A stretch of DNA of 64,000 nt from Candidatus Bathyarchaeota archaeon. GTDB taxonomy: Archaea; Thermoproteota; Bathyarchaeia; 40CM-2-53-6; RBG-13-38-9. Shown here one piece after another: positions 29,252 to 40,021 of this stretch. Within the stretch, counting starts at the first letter, position 1. Each line of letters opens with the position of its first letter. The DNA is taken from the NCBI GenBank assembly GCA_026015185.1, contig JAOZGX010000070.1, positions 2,378 to 66,377 on the forward strand. Reading direction: 5' to 3'. Both the position numbers and the translations under genes were made by a program. Under the pieces are notes generated by a model. That model saw only the letters and a program-made list of their open reading frames with translations. It searched no databases and was not told the origin of the DNA.

Positions 29252-30049
29252 TCATAATTTAGCAATTGCCGGAGTTTCAAGCTTATGCTGATTTTTTACA
29301 GTCATATTCATTATTATTTTCGCATCACTAGTTGAAATACTAAGTTCCTTAGTTAGTTCAGAAATAGATAATTTCAACTCATTGAGGCCGTATAGTGCGA
29401 GATCCAATAATTCATATTTAAATCCTATTTCGTTTTCATCCGTTTGATTTTCCCATAATCCTGCCGTAGGAACTTTCCAGATTAGATTTTTTGATATACC
29501 CAGATACTCTGCCAATTGTCTGACTTGGGTTTTATAAAGATCTCCAATCGGCAACATGTCTACTCCTCCATCACCATATTTAGTAAAATATCCAATTAAT
29601 AGTTCGCTCTTATTTCCTGTTCCAGCAACTAATCGGTTCATTGAATTAGCATGGAAATAAAGAATCGTCATACGAAGTCTTGGCAATATATTACCGATCG
29701 CAACTCTATCAATTTGTTTATCATAATTTAACAAAGACTCGAATTGCTCTTCTAAATCAGCGATATTTATTGTCGTAGTGTCAATATTCAATTGATTAGC
29801 TAAATCTTTTGCATCTTGAATGTCTTCATCCTTTGTATTTTTTGAGGGCATTATTAATCCAAGTATTCGATCTGCTCCTAGAGCAGATTTGCATAAACTA
29901 ACTACAGTTGTTGAATCAATACCACCACTTAAGCCAATTACTATTCCGGTAGCTTTAGCTTCTTCAACCTTTTTCTTAATGAAATTTTCAATTTTGTCAT
30001 TGATTGATTCTGGATCAATTCTTAATATTCTTTCATCTATTTTTTTCAA
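29252..30049 (-). CDS. nadE: NH3-dependent NAD+ synthetase
   Basis: PP-loop GLSGGIDSTTV. 265 aa. Confidence 0.8.
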   Translation of the reverse strand: MKKIDERILRIDPESINDKIENFIKKKVEEAKATGIVIGLSGGIDSTTVVSLCKSALGADRILGLIMPSKNTKDEDIQDAKDLANQLNIDTTTINIADLEEQFESLLNYDKQIDRVAIGNILPRLRMTILYFHANSMNRLVAGTGNKSELLIGYFTKYGDGGVDMLPIGDLYKTQVRQLAEYLGISKNLIWKVPTAGLWENQTDENEIGFKYELLDLALYGLNELKLSISELTKELSISTSDAKIIMNMTVKNQHKLETPAIAKL

Positions 30050-30061
30050 TAATTCATTCGC

Positions 30062-31609
30062 CTATTCCCATTCTATTGTAGCTGCTGGTTTATGAGTGAT
30101 ATCATAGACAACCCTAGTCACTTCAGGTATTTCATTTGTGATCCTAGTAGACATTCTTTCTAATACTTCATAAGGAACATCAGCAAAATTTGCAGTCATA
30201 GCTTCCTTACTCTCAACAATTCTAATAGCCATCGTATAACCATAAGCTCTAGCATCACCTTTGACTCCTGTACTCTTTGTATCTGTCAAGACTGCAAAAT
30301 ATTGCCAATATCTTTCATCAAGTCCCTTTCTTTCAACTTCATCAGTTACTATCTTATCAGCTTTTTTAACAATATCCAATTTTTCTTTGGTTACTTCACC
30401 TATAATTCTAACAGCTAAACCGGGACCAGGAAAAGGTTGACGCCAAGCAATTTTTTTTGGAAGTTCCAGAAATTCAGCTATTTTTCTTACTTCATCTTTA
30501 TACAAATCTCTTAGCGGTTCTACTATTGCTTTAAATTCAGTTTCACTAGGTATTCCGCCAACATTATGATGTGTCTTAATTTTATCTGAAAATTTTCTAA
30601 ATCCTGATTCGATTCTATCTGGATATATTGTGCCTTGTATAAGATAATCTGCTTTTATCTCTTTGGCAACCCTTTCAAACGCTCTAATAAATTCGTTACC
30701 AATTATTTTTCGTTTCTTTTCTGGATCTATTATACCCTTCATTCTTTCTAGAAATTCTTCTTGTACATTAAGTAGAATGAAATTCATATCAGATTTTTTG
30801 AAAGTCGATTCAACGAATTTAGGTTCGTTTTCACGCAGGAATCCATGATCCACAAACACCGCAGATAACTTTTTACCAATAGCTTTGGAAGCAAGAATAG
30901 CGGCTGTACTTGAATCTACTCCTCCACTTAAACCCACTATCGCCTTGTCATTTTTTATAATTTCTCTAATTTTATCTATTGTCTGCTCTATATAATTCTC
31001 CATTGTCCAATTTGGAGTGCATCTGCAAATGTCATTTACAAAATTTCGTAGAATAGTCATTCCTCTCTCAGTATGAGCCACTTCCGGATGCCATTGTATT
31101 CCATAGATAGGTTTTGATTTATGCATGAATGCTGCAACAGGACAGTTCTCTGTATGAGCTAATATTTCATAATCTTTCGAAAGTTCTGTAACTACATCAC
31201 CATGACTCATCCAAACCTTTTCAGATTTATCCAGACCTTTTAGAATTCCTGATGAATTATTGACTTCAATATGAGCCATCCCATACTCACGTTTAGTACC
31301 CTGACTGACTTGTCCACCAGTAATGAATGCCAATAGTTGATGTCCGTAACATAAGCCTAAGATAGGAATATTCTCATCCAATAGTCTCTCATCGATTTTT
31401 GGTGAATTTTTATCATATACGCTTGAAGGCCCTCCAGATAATACTATACCCTTAATATTGAATTCCCTTTCTACATCTTGAAACTCTTCAGAAGAGATGT
31501 CTCCGTTAACCACTTCAGAATAAACATTGAATTCTCGAATTCTTCTTGCCATCAGATGAGCGTATTGCCCGCCAAAATCAAAAACTACAATAGTATCTAA
31601 TTTCATCAT
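30062..31609 (-). CDS. guaA: GMP synthase (glutamine-hydrolysing), fused GATase + ATP-PPase
   Basis: GATase-I catalytic Cys (LGLCYGHQ) with H/E, a GLSGGVDSS PP-loop, and a C-terminal dimerisation domain. Confidence 0.85.
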   Translation of the reverse strand: MMKLDTIVVFDFGGQYAHLMARRIREFNVYSEVVNGDISSEEFQDVEREFNIKGIVLSGGPSSVYDKNSPKIDERLLDENIPILGLCYGHQLLAFITGGQVSQGTKREYGMAHIEVNNSSGILKGLDKSEKVWMSHGDVVTELSKDYEILAHTENCPVAAFMHKSKPIYGIQWHPEVAHTERGMTILRNFVNDICRCTPNWTMENYIEQTIDKIREIIKNDKAIVGLSGGVDSSTAAILASKAIGKKLSAVFVDHGFLRENEPKFVESTFKKSDMNFILLNVQEEFLERMKGIIDPEKKRKIIGNEFIRAFERVAKEIKADYLIQGTIYPDRIESGFRKFSDKIKTHHNVGGIPSETEFKAIVEPLRDLYKDEVRKIAEFLELPKKIAWRQPFPGPGLAVRIIGEVTKEKLDIVKKADKIVTDEVERKGLDERYWQYFAVLTDTKSTGVKGDARAYGYTMAIRIVESKEAMTANFADVPYEVLERMSTRITNEIPEVTRVVYDITHKPAATIEWE

Positions 31610-31663
31610 TAATTGCCTTTTCAGAAATATAGTCAGTATTAATTGATTACTCAGGCATTAAAA

Positions 31664-32113
31664 TTAGACTAGTAACCTTGAACCTTCTTTCATAGTGGTT
31701 AGAACAACGTGAGTAAACGTTCTTTCCACATTGGGCATACTTAAAATCGATTTCACGAATTTGCTTAGTTCATCTATATTCCTATACTTTACAATAATTA
31801 TGGCATCTGTATCGCCTGTAATATCATACACTTGGTGAACAATTGGATTCTGAGATATTTCCTTTTCTACTTCTAAAAGTTTACCACTAGATACTACTAT
31901 CTCAACGATAGCAATTTCATAGCCTAATTTCTTAGAATCCAGTATTGTTGTATATTCTTTAATTACTCCATTTTCTTCTAGATTCTTTACACGATTAACG
32001 ATAGTACCGACAGAGACTTTCAATTTTCCAGCAATATCTCTAAATGATTTCCTAGAGTTGGATTCCAACTCAGCTAGTATCAGTTTGTCTAAATCATCTA
32101 TTTTTATAGCCAT
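31664..32113 (-). CDS. Lrp/AsnC-family transcriptional regulator (full length)
   Basis: N-terminal HTH (DDLDKLILAELESNSRKSFRDIAGKL) plus a C-terminal RAM domain. Confidence 0.8.
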   Translation of the reverse strand: MAIKIDDLDKLILAELESNSRKSFRDIAGKLKVSVGTIVNRVKNLEENGVIKEYTTILDSKKLGYEIAIVEIVVSSGKLLEVEKEISQNPIVHQVYDITGDTDAIIIVKYRNIDELSKFVKSILSMPNVERTFTHVVLTTMKEGSRLLV

Positions 32114-32121
32114 AACTATAA

Positions 32122-33348
32122 CTAGAATCCTGCCTCTGATAGGACCTTTTTAAATTCAGAATCTTGAAGAGATGCTCTTCTTCCACTTGCATACATCTGT
32201 TTTACTTTATCTATAACTAATTGGAACTTTTCTTCGTTAGTGTCGATTTTCTGCTTTAGTATCTCTTCCATTTTATTCTTAATTGCTGCTTTTCCTGACT
32301 GTTTTCCTATAGTCATTCTTCTCCAATTCCCAATTAATTCTGGAGGATACGGTTCATAAGTAAGCGGATTACTCAAAACCCCATGAGCATGTATCCCAGA
32401 TTCATGAGCAAATGCATAATCTCCTACCATCGCTTTATTTGGCGGGACAACAGCACCGCAAGCTTTGCTTATAAATTCTGCAATATCCTTGAACATACCG
32501 ATGTTTTTTTTATATTTCTTAACGCCGTGGTGTAGATATAGATTCATAATAACTTTTTCAGTTTCGGCATTTCCTGCTCTTTCACCAAGGCCCAGATAAG
32601 TAGTGCTAGCATAGATTTTATCATAAAGGCCTGAAGCAGCTCTGATAGCAGCTAACGTGTTTTCCACTGCATTTCCTAAATCATCATGAGTGTGGATCTC
32701 AATATGGCCTATTTTCGTTTCGTTCTTAATTCTTCTTATTTTCTCTGGGATGCCGTTAGGCAAAGGAGACTTAGTATATGATACTCCGATACCAACTGTA
32801 TCACAAATACGATACACTTCTGCTCCCGCTTCTGCAATTGCATCAATGAATCTCTTTTCAAAATTCCAATCTGCCCTTGTACTATCTTCACCATGTACAA
32901 AAACTCTCAACCCATGATCTTTAGCCGCGTATTCTACAACATCTATTACCCTACTGAGTAGATCATCATCACTTTTGTTTTTCCATTTTGATCTGAGATG
33001 TATATAAGAAACAGGATGAGAAATACCGATATCTTTGAAATCTGATTCAAGTGCAGCATCTATATCCTCTTTAAGTGCCCTACACCAACCTGCTACACTT
33101 GCATTAAGACTCATATTATGAATTAATTTTACAGCTTCTTTGTCTGGTTTTTGAAAATGATGTAGCTCTAATCTTTCTACGCCCAGCTGATCCAACAATT
33201 GAGCTATTTTAGCTGTGTCTTCTGGCGATGCGGCTATCCCTGGCATCTGAACGCCATCCCTTAATGTTGAATCGTCTATTACAGGCTCTACATCCAATGG
33301 TACTTTTCCAAAATATTCTTTCCAATCATTATTTTTAATCTCGGTCAA
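32122..33348 (-). CDS. Homocitrate/citramalate/isopropylmalate synthase-family enzyme (no LeuA regulatory domain)
   Basis: DRE-TIM barrel with LRDGVQ, HTHDDLG and GERAGN motifs. At 408 aa it lacks the C-terminal LeuA_dimer domain. Confidence 0.7.
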   Translation of the reverse strand: MTEIKNNDWKEYFGKVPLDVEPVIDDSTLRDGVQMPGIAASPEDTAKIAQLLDQLGVERLELHHFQKPDKEAVKLIHNMSLNASVAGWCRALKEDIDAALESDFKDIGISHPVSYIHLRSKWKNKSDDDLLSRVIDVVEYAAKDHGLRVFVHGEDSTRADWNFEKRFIDAIAEAGAEVYRICDTVGIGVSYTKSPLPNGIPEKIRRIKNETKIGHIEIHTHDDLGNAVENTLAAIRAASGLYDKIYASTTYLGLGERAGNAETEKVIMNLYLHHGVKKYKKNIGMFKDIAEFISKACGAVVPPNKAMVGDYAFAHESGIHAHGVLSNPLTYEPYPPELIGNWRRMTIGKQSGKAAIKNKMEEILKQKIDTNEEKFQLVIDKVKQMYASGRRASLQDSEFKKVLSEAGF

Positions 33349-33597
33349 ATTTGAAACGCCTTAAGAAGTTTTGATATCGTATTATTTTCCCTTTAAATTG
33401 CATCCTTTTAGCGATAAAGTTTTCACGATAATCCTTATTTTCTAGATTTGATATCAATCAAAGCAACAATATGAATATAAAAACATTTCTCAAATAATTG
33501 AACATTCATTCATAATCATATTAATGTATTGTCAAATATTTATAAAAAATTGCTCAAAAATTGTTATAATTTTCAGTAATTTAAATTATCAAAAGAA

Positions 33598-34707
33598 CTA
33601 CGTAATAAAATTCTCAAGTCCTGCTTCTTCTGCAATCTCGATCGCTCTTTTCATCTCTTCTGAATTCAATTTCCTCTTTAATTCAGGAACTTCATCTGCT
33701 CTCCATTCAGGCCTATACTGGAAGAGTATATTAACCCTAGTTTTTTTTCCAAGATTTTGGGCTATCCAATTTAATATAGGTTTAGTACAGCATTCCAAAT
33801 GCTCGGGTAGAACAAGAATCCTTATTATCAATTCGCCAAATTCATTTGCTATTGAATGATTTCGGGTACATGCCTCCCAATATCCTGGAGCATCTGATAA
33901 CTTCTTTGCACAATCCTCTGGGCCGTATTTGAAATCTAATAAATACACATCTGCAAATCCAATCAGGATTTTTGCTGTTTCTTCGCTATAATAGGAGTTG
34001 CTGTTCCATACAATCGGCAAGTTTTCATTTACATGCTTGAATGTTTTCAACCATTCGCTTAACCAAGGTGTTGGATCGCCTCCAACCAAATTTATATTCC
34101 TGCATCCTCTTTCTTTCAGCCTTCCAACAATTTTCGCTAGCACTTCGTGAGTATAGGTCTCACCTGATTCAAACATTTGAGAGATCGAATAGTTTTGGCA
34201 ATGAAGACAACGCATACTACATCCACAAGTGAAAATTGTTCCTGAAGGGACAAGTTCCGGTTCCTCACCCATATGCTCAAAATAACTCGAAACCACCATC
34301 TTCTTGCCACATTTGCAATATCCGATTTCTCCAGCTGTTCTGTTCGGCCTATCGTCATGCATACATAAATGACAATTCTCCATAATTCTATCAGAAATTT
34401 CTATCTTTAAATCTAAAAAAGAAGTCTTGGGAGTTTTCAAAACTTTAAATTTCTTTTTTCCAGAATCAATTTTTTTTTCATAATTTTTGTACTCTTCTAC
34501 AAGACTTTCATGTTTTGTCCAAAGATCCTTTATTGAAGAATTCGATTCAAATTTTACCGGAATTTTTTTTGTTATTTGTAATTTACTATATTTCTTATTT
34601 TGAAATACGTCAAAATATCTTGAAAGACTAAACTTACAATTCTTATCCTTTAATACGGAAACAGCATCAGGCCTAAAAAGGGGCAACAATGATTCTTTGA
34701 CCTTCAT
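33598..34707 (-). CDS. Radical-SAM protein, PflA/activase-like
   Basis: CSMRCLHCQN Cx3Cx2C motif plus an N-terminal Cys-rich extension (CHLCMH...CKCGKK). Confidence 0.45.
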   Translation of the reverse strand: MKVKESLLPLFRPDAVSVLKDKNCKFSLSRYFDVFQNKKYSKLQITKKIPVKFESNSSIKDLWTKHESLVEEYKNYEKKIDSGKKKFKVLKTPKTSFLDLKIEISDRIMENCHLCMHDDRPNRTAGEIGYCKCGKKMVVSSYFEHMGEEPELVPSGTIFTCGCSMRCLHCQNYSISQMFESGETYTHEVLAKIVGRLKERGCRNINLVGGDPTPWLSEWLKTFKHVNENLPIVWNSNSYYSEETAKILIGFADVYLLDFKYGPEDCAKKLSDAPGYWEACTRNHSIANEFGELIIRILVLPEHLECCTKPILNWIAQNLGKKTRVNILFQYRPEWRADEVPELKRKLNSEEMKRAIEIAEEAGLENFIT

Positions 34708-34863
34708 TTGAATCTAATTTAAGAAAGACTGTTAGAATTAAGAATAAGTAAATATTTTCCTTTTTTAAAAAAATAAGGATTGTTAGTTCACACTAAGTAA
34801 TTAAGAAGCTATGGCAAAGAAACTTGAAATAATAAAAAAATTGGTTAAAGTTAATTTAAGCTA

Positions 34864-35136
34864 TCATTCACCATTTCCTGAAGTAAACATAGTTAGCAAT
34901 GTTTCAGAATGAGTAACGTTAGGATGCTGCTCAATCATTTCATAGATTATCTTCTTTAGTTCCACTAGATCCTTCGCTTCAACAATTGCAACAGCATCGA
35001 ACCTCCCCAATACAGAGTTGACCATCTTAATGCCTTTTATTTTTCTTGAACTAACTATCTGATTTGAGGTCCCAGGCTTCATCCTGATCAGTATAAATGC
35101 TCTAATATATTTAGTTCGTAAATCTTTGGAAGACAT
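34864..35136 (-). CDS. Stand-alone RAM-domain protein (Lrp/AsnC C-terminal domain)
   Basis: 'AFILIRMKPGTS...GRFDAVAIVEAKD' RAM-domain pattern. Confidence 0.55.
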   Translation of the reverse strand: MSSKDLRTKYIRAFILIRMKPGTSNQIVSSRKIKGIKMVNSVLGRFDAVAIVEAKDLVELKKIIYEMIEQHPNVTHSETLLTMFTSGNGE

Positions 35137-35150
35137 TTCAATGACACCCG

Positions 35151-35396
35151 CTAAAGCGTTATAGACGTCTCAGTATGTACGATATTTGGATCCTTGCCAA
35201 CGACTTTATACACTATTTCATTTATTCTCTCAATGTCTGGCGCTTCAACAACTACGATAGCATCGAATCTCCCATACACCGAATCAACACTAATAGCTTC
35301 TTTCACTCTTTTCTTTATATCAGCAACTACTTCTTCAGAAGTCCCAGGTTTTGTTTGAATTAATATATATGCTTTCATTAAACACCCTCCCATCAT
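35151..35396 (-). CDS. Stand-alone RAM-domain protein (Lrp/AsnC C-terminal domain)
   Basis: 'AYILIQTKPGTS...GRFDAIVVVEAPD' pattern. Sits directly downstream of glnA. Confidence 0.6.
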   Translation of the reverse strand: MMGGCLMKAYILIQTKPGTSEEVVADIKKRVKEAISVDSVYGRFDAIVVVEAPDIERINEIVYKVVGKDPNIVHTETSITL

Positions 35397-35410
35397 AACT
35401 TTATCATAAC

Positions 35411-36859
35411 TCAGTAATCAAGGTATTTCATAATTTCCCATGGGGTTACGTAAAGACAGTACTGGTTCCAGTCATTTGTCTTGTATTCTATGAATGAATC
35501 AAATATATGACTTCCAAGTGTTCTCTGAAGAACCTCATCACTTTTCAAGCTATCAAGAGCAGCTTTCAAGTTGGTAGGAAGTTCTTGAATTCCTAGAGCT
35601 CTTCTTCTCTCAGAGGTCAATTCGTATACATCTTCATCCACGGGATCACCAGGATCAATTTTCTTCTTTATTCCATCTAATCCGGCTGTTAATATGCAAG
35701 AGAAAGCTAGGTAAGGACTGCAAGATGGATCTGCTGAACGGAATTCAACTCTTTTAGCAGCTGAATGCTCTGGACCTTTAAAGTATAATGGAACACGTAC
35801 CAAAGCCGAACGGTTTCGTCTAGACCACATAACGTATATCGGTGCCTCGAACCCAGGAACCAATCTTTTGTATGAGTTGACTGTGGGACAGCAAATCGCT
35901 GCAAGTGCTTTTGCATGCTCTAATAAACCTCCGATAAAATACCTTCCCTCTTGACTAAGTTCAGCATATTCATCGCTTTCATCATACATGGCGTTTTTCT
36001 TACCCTTCCACATAGATGCATGAACGTGCATGCCGCTAGCATTGTCTAAATACACAGGCTTAGGCATGAATGTGGCCACAAGCCCGTGAGCCTTAGCTAT
36101 GTTCTTTGCTACGAATTTAAGATATAATGCTCTATCAGCAGTCTCGATTAATTTGCCAAAACGATAGTCAATTTCTATCTGCCCTGCTGTAGCAACTTCG
36201 TGATGGTGCATCTCAATGTCCATCCCAAAATTATCTTCTAAAACTGATGCAACTTCGTTTCTGTATTCAATTGTAGTATCTTCTGGTGGAGGTCTGAAAT
36301 AAGCTTCTTTAGGTCTTAACACAAAACTTCCCGGTGTTGATTCTGGAGACTCAGGTAACACTCTTGGGGCACCCCAAGAATCTCCCTTTCCTCCAGACGG
36401 ACTAACCCACATATCCCAAACAAGTTTGGTTGGATCTATTGAGCTAAAAACGAAGTACTCCAATTCCGGACCGAAATAAGGTGTATAACCCATATCACTT
36501 GCTTCTTTTACAGCTCTTTTTCCCACATAGCCTCTTGGACATACGTCAGACGGTTTGTCGCCTCCAAACGCTTCATATACATCACCCAACATTATAGCAC
36601 TTTTCTGTTTTTGATCAGTTGTCCAAGGTATTATTGCTAGAGTTGAAGGATCGGGCATCAAGATCATATCGGATTCTTCTATAGATTTGAATCCTCTAAT
36701 CGAGGACCCATCGAATCCTATTCCAGTCTTTAAAGCCTTTCCTTCAGTATATTCCTTAGCTGGAATTACTACGTCTTGCATAAGGCCTCGAACATCGGTG
36801 AAAGCCGAGTGCACCCAACGAACGTTGTTATCACGCAATAGTTTGATGGCTTTTTCCAT
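35411..36859 (-). CDS. glnA: Glutamine synthetase type I
   Basis: 482 aa with the GS beta-grasp and catalytic domain motifs (GMHVHASM, NSYKRLVPGFEAP). Confidence 0.9.
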   Translation of the reverse strand: MEKAIKLLRDNNVRWVHSAFTDVRGLMQDVVIPAKEYTEGKALKTGIGFDGSSIRGFKSIEESDMILMPDPSTLAIIPWTTDQKQKSAIMLGDVYEAFGGDKPSDVCPRGYVGKRAVKEASDMGYTPYFGPELEYFVFSSIDPTKLVWDMWVSPSGGKGDSWGAPRVLPESPESTPGSFVLRPKEAYFRPPPEDTTIEYRNEVASVLEDNFGMDIEMHHHEVATAGQIEIDYRFGKLIETADRALYLKFVAKNIAKAHGLVATFMPKPVYLDNASGMHVHASMWKGKKNAMYDESDEYAELSQEGRYFIGGLLEHAKALAAICCPTVNSYKRLVPGFEAPIYVMWSRRNRSALVRVPLYFKGPEHSAAKRVEFRSADPSCSPYLAFSCILTAGLDGIKKKIDPGDPVDEDVYELTSERRRALGIQELPTNLKAALDSLKSDEVLQRTLGSHIFDSFIEYKTNDWNQYCLYVTPWEIMKYLDY

Positions 36860-36888
36860 TTGATTTCATTACCCCTATGGTTTCATGA

Positions 36889-36920
36889 TAGCCCTACATT
36901 GCTTAGGGCTAATATATAAA
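36889..36920 (-). promoter_or_regulatory. glnA promoter region: TATA-like TTTATATAT plus the inverted repeat TAGCCCT-N9-AGGGCTA between the TATA box and the start codon
   Basis: Perfect 7-bp inverted repeat 30-52 nt upstream of the glnA ATG. The TATA-like element lies 53-61 nt upstream on the minus strand. Confidence 0.3.
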
Positions 36921-37145
36921 ATTATCTATTTTATTGGATATATTTTCTATATTTCATTAAATAATTAAATGTTTGTTCATTTATATATTAAACCAATGTC
37001 ATTCTGTCCAATAGAAAAGTATGAGGTTATTTTAATAAAAACAAAAATTTAATCATGATCATATTTGAAAATACTTTTACTTCAATAAGAAAGAATAATT
37101 CATAAAAGATGCATATAATTTAGTAAGCACTTAGAGGATTATTTT

Positions 37146-38024
37146 ATGATTATCGCTAGTACAAATGAATTCTCTGAACTTGGGAAAAAAATCGCTATTA
37201 ATTTGAATGTCAAATTTTCAATTATAGAATCTAAGATTTTTCCTGATGGAGAGAACTATATTCGATTTACAGATAGTTTAGTTGATAAAAAAGTAATAAT
37301 AATACAATCGTGCTTTCCTGAACAAGACAAAAAACTAATCGAACTCTTTATGATGCTCGACGCTGCAAAAAATCTTAGATCCAAAGAGGTTATAGCAGTC
37401 GTTCCATATCTAGCATATTCCCGACAAGACAAGTCATTTTTAGATGGAGAAGCCATCAGCATAAAGACTATAGTAAAATTGATTGAGACAAGTGGAGCTA
37501 ATCCTTTTATTACCGTGGATATTCATGAAAAGAGGATTCTGGATTTATTCAGCATCAACGCAATAAATATAATGGCTATGCCTGAAATAGGCAATTATTT
37601 GAAGATGCAATCATTAAAAAAACCCTATGTAATCGCCCCAGATAAAGGTGCGTTATATCAAGCAGAAGAAGTTGCAAATGTTCTAGACACTAACTATACT
37701 TTCTTTTCTAAAAAAAGAGATAGAAAGACTGGTGAAGTGCGAACAAGTATTAAAGATGTTGATGTTGAAGGGCGTGATGTAGTTATTGTTGATGACATTA
37801 TCTCCACAGGCGGAACTATTGCAAACGTAGCGAAAATTGTAAAGCAACAAGGTGCAAAGGAGATAATTGCTACTTGTACTCATCCACTACTTCTAAATGA
37901 TGCTAAAAACAGGTTGAGGGATGCAGGAATAAATAGGATTATTGGGACTGACAGCATTGTTAGTGATGTTAGTTTTGTTTCATGTGCAAATATCATCGCT
38001 GATGCTTTGAGGAAGTTATCTTGA
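37146..38024 (+). CDS. prs: Ribose-phosphate pyrophosphokinase
   Basis: PRPP-binding motif VVIVDDIISTGGT. N-terminal Prs fold, 292 aa. Confidence 0.85.
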   Translation: MIIASTNEFSELGKKIAINLNVKFSIIESKIFPDGENYIRFTDSLVDKKVIIIQSCFPEQDKKLIELFMMLDAAKNLRSKEVIAVVPYLAYSRQDKSFLDGEAISIKTIVKLIETSGANPFITVDIHEKRILDLFSINAINIMAMPEIGNYLKMQSLKKPYVIAPDKGALYQAEEVANVLDTNYTFFSKKRDRKTGEVRTSIKDVDVEGRDVVIVDDIISTGGTIANVAKIVKQQGAKEIIATCTHPLLLNDAKNRLRDAGINRIIGTDSIVSDVSFVSCANIIADALRKLS

Positions 38025-39055
38025 ATGATCTCATATACTTCTTTCTTTCAGGTGAACATCCTACACTTCCTAAAGCTGAGATAACAGCCATATTGGAGGC
38101 AGAACGAGTAAATTTCAATGAAAGAGGGAAAGCAACTCAACTTTATCGAGTAGAAGCATCAAGTGAAGCTTTAAACAAAGTTTACTTAAGAAATGCAATG
38201 TGTAGATCTTGCGGTATTGAAATTTTTTCCTGTAAAAATAGAATGGAAGACATAGTAAATTCTGCTAAAGAAATTAACTTTACTGAATATATTAAAAAGA
38301 ACGAAACATTTTCTGTAAGAATAACAAGAGTTGCTGATAGTTCTAAGAGTCTAAGTTCTATAGATCTTGAGAGATCTCTTGGCAAAATTATCAAAGAGAA
38401 TTTGAAACAGGTTGAAGTAAATCTCAAAAATCCTATGAAAAAAATCCACGGCATATTGACTGATGAAGAGTTTCTTCTAGGGTTAAACATCTTTGAAAAA
38501 GATAGAGAATTGATGCAAAGAGGGCCTAGAAAAAGACCTGCATTTCATCCCTCGACTATGGATCCTAAATTAGCAAGATGTATGGTCAATTTATCAAGAG
38601 CTAGAAAGGATGATTTCTTACTTGATCCTTTTTGCGGTGTGGGCGGAATTTTAATTGAAGCTGGACTTATCGGTTGCAGGATTCTTGGATGTGATTTAAG
38701 CACAAAGATGGTCGAGGGCACTAAGAAAAATCTCAAGCACTTCAAACTTGAAGCTCGAGGAATAATTCTTTCTGATGCGAGGAAAATTGCTTTTACTCCT
38801 GTTGATAATATAGTCACTGATCCACCATATGGAAAAAACTCGTCTTCCTTAGGTGTTGAATTAGAAAATCTTTTTAGAGATTTTATCTACTCAGCTTACA
38901 ACATGTTAAAAGAGAATAGATACATCTCATTTTCTTCACCTAAAGGTGCAAATCTGGTTAATCTTGGAGAAGATATAGGATTTAAGTTAATGGAAGTTCA
39001 TGACGTATATATTCATAGAAGTTTAACTAGAGAGATTGTTGTATTCAAACGTTAA
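38021..39055 (+). CDS. tRNA (guanine10-N2)-dimethyltransferase, Trm-G10/Trm11 family (THUMP + MTase)
   Basis: DPFCGVGGILIEAG SAM motif and DPPYG catalytic motif. The N-terminal THUMP-like region overlaps the prs stop. Confidence 0.7.
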   Translation: MNDLIYFFLSGEHPTLPKAEITAILEAERVNFNERGKATQLYRVEASSEALNKVYLRNAMCRSCGIEIFSCKNRMEDIVNSAKEINFTEYIKKNETFSVRITRVADSSKSLSSIDLERSLGKIIKENLKQVEVNLKNPMKKIHGILTDEEFLLGLNIFEKDRELMQRGPRKRPAFHPSTMDPKLARCMVNLSRARKDDFLLDPFCGVGGILIEAGLIGCRILGCDLSTKMVEGTKKNLKHFKLEARGIILSDARKIAFTPVDNIVTDPPYGKNSSSLGVELENLFRDFIYSAYNMLKENRYISFSSPKGANLVNLGEDIGFKLMEVHDVYIHRSLTREIVVFKR

Positions 39056-39117
39056 AATATGCGAGCCTTAGTTGGTGCTTCAATCTGCAGATAATATTTC
39101 TTGGAACTGGAGGTTCA

Positions 39118-39987
39118 ATGCCAACAAGAAAGAGAAACCTCCCTTGTGTTGTTATTAAACGAGGACCGGAAGTAATTATGCTTGATTGTGGAGAAGGAAC
39201 TCAAAAACAAATGCGATATTCAAAAATCGGTTTCAATAAAAAGATGAAGATTCTGATATCGCATATGCACGGTGATCATGTATTGGGACTCCCAGGTCTT
39301 TTCCAATCCATGTCAATGCTAGGGAGAACAAAAAAAATCGATATTTATGGACCTGAAGGTTTGAAGGATTTTATAGAATCTACTGAGCGAACAGTCAAAT
39401 ATTCACGCCGTTTTGATTTAGTTATTTATGAAGTTAATGAGGGAAAAATCATTGAAGAAGATGAGTATGAAATATTTTCCAAATGGATTGATCATGATTT
39501 TCCTTGCTTGGCATATGCTTTAGAAGAAAAGGAAAAACCTGGAAAATTTAAGCTAAATAAAGCTAAAGAACTTAAAATTCCTAAAGGTCCTCTGTGGAAA
39601 GAATTACAGAAAGGTAAAAGCATAAAAATTGATAATAAAACAATCAAGCCAAATGATGTTCTAGGCCCAAGTCGACCTGGAATTAAACTGGTCTATGCAT
39701 CAGATACACGACCATGTAAATCGGTCATAGCTCTTTCAAAAAATGCTGAGGTATTAATTCATGATTGCACTTTTGAAGGTTCGCACAAAGACAAAGCCCA
39801 AGAATATGGACACTCAACAGCAAGTCAAGCAGCCAAAATTGCTAAAGAAGCATGCGTAAAAAAACTTATTTTAATTCACATAAGTGCAATGTATGAGGAA
39901 TCAAATAATCTCCTTAAACAATCTATAAAGTTTCATAAGGATACTATATTAGCTGAAGATCTAATGAAGATCGAGGTTAAGAAGTAA
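39118..39987 (+). CDS. rnz: Ribonuclease Z (short form)
   Basis: Metallo-beta-lactamase HMHGDH motif. 289 aa; the N-terminal ...MLDCGEGTQ box is typical of RNase Z. Confidence 0.8.
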   Translation: MPTRKRNLPCVVIKRGPEVIMLDCGEGTQKQMRYSKIGFNKKMKILISHMHGDHVLGLPGLFQSMSMLGRTKKIDIYGPEGLKDFIESTERTVKYSRRFDLVIYEVNEGKIIEEDEYEIFSKWIDHDFPCLAYALEEKEKPGKFKLNKAKELKIPKGPLWKELQKGKSIKIDNKTIKPNDVLGPSRPGIKLVYASDTRPCKSVIALSKNAEVLIHDCTFEGSHKDKAQEYGHSTASQAAKIAKEACVKKLILIHISAMYEESNNLLKQSIKFHKDTILAEDLMKIEVKK

Positions 39988-40021
39988 TGTTTATTAAATC
40001 AAAACAAGTGCACACTAGAAA

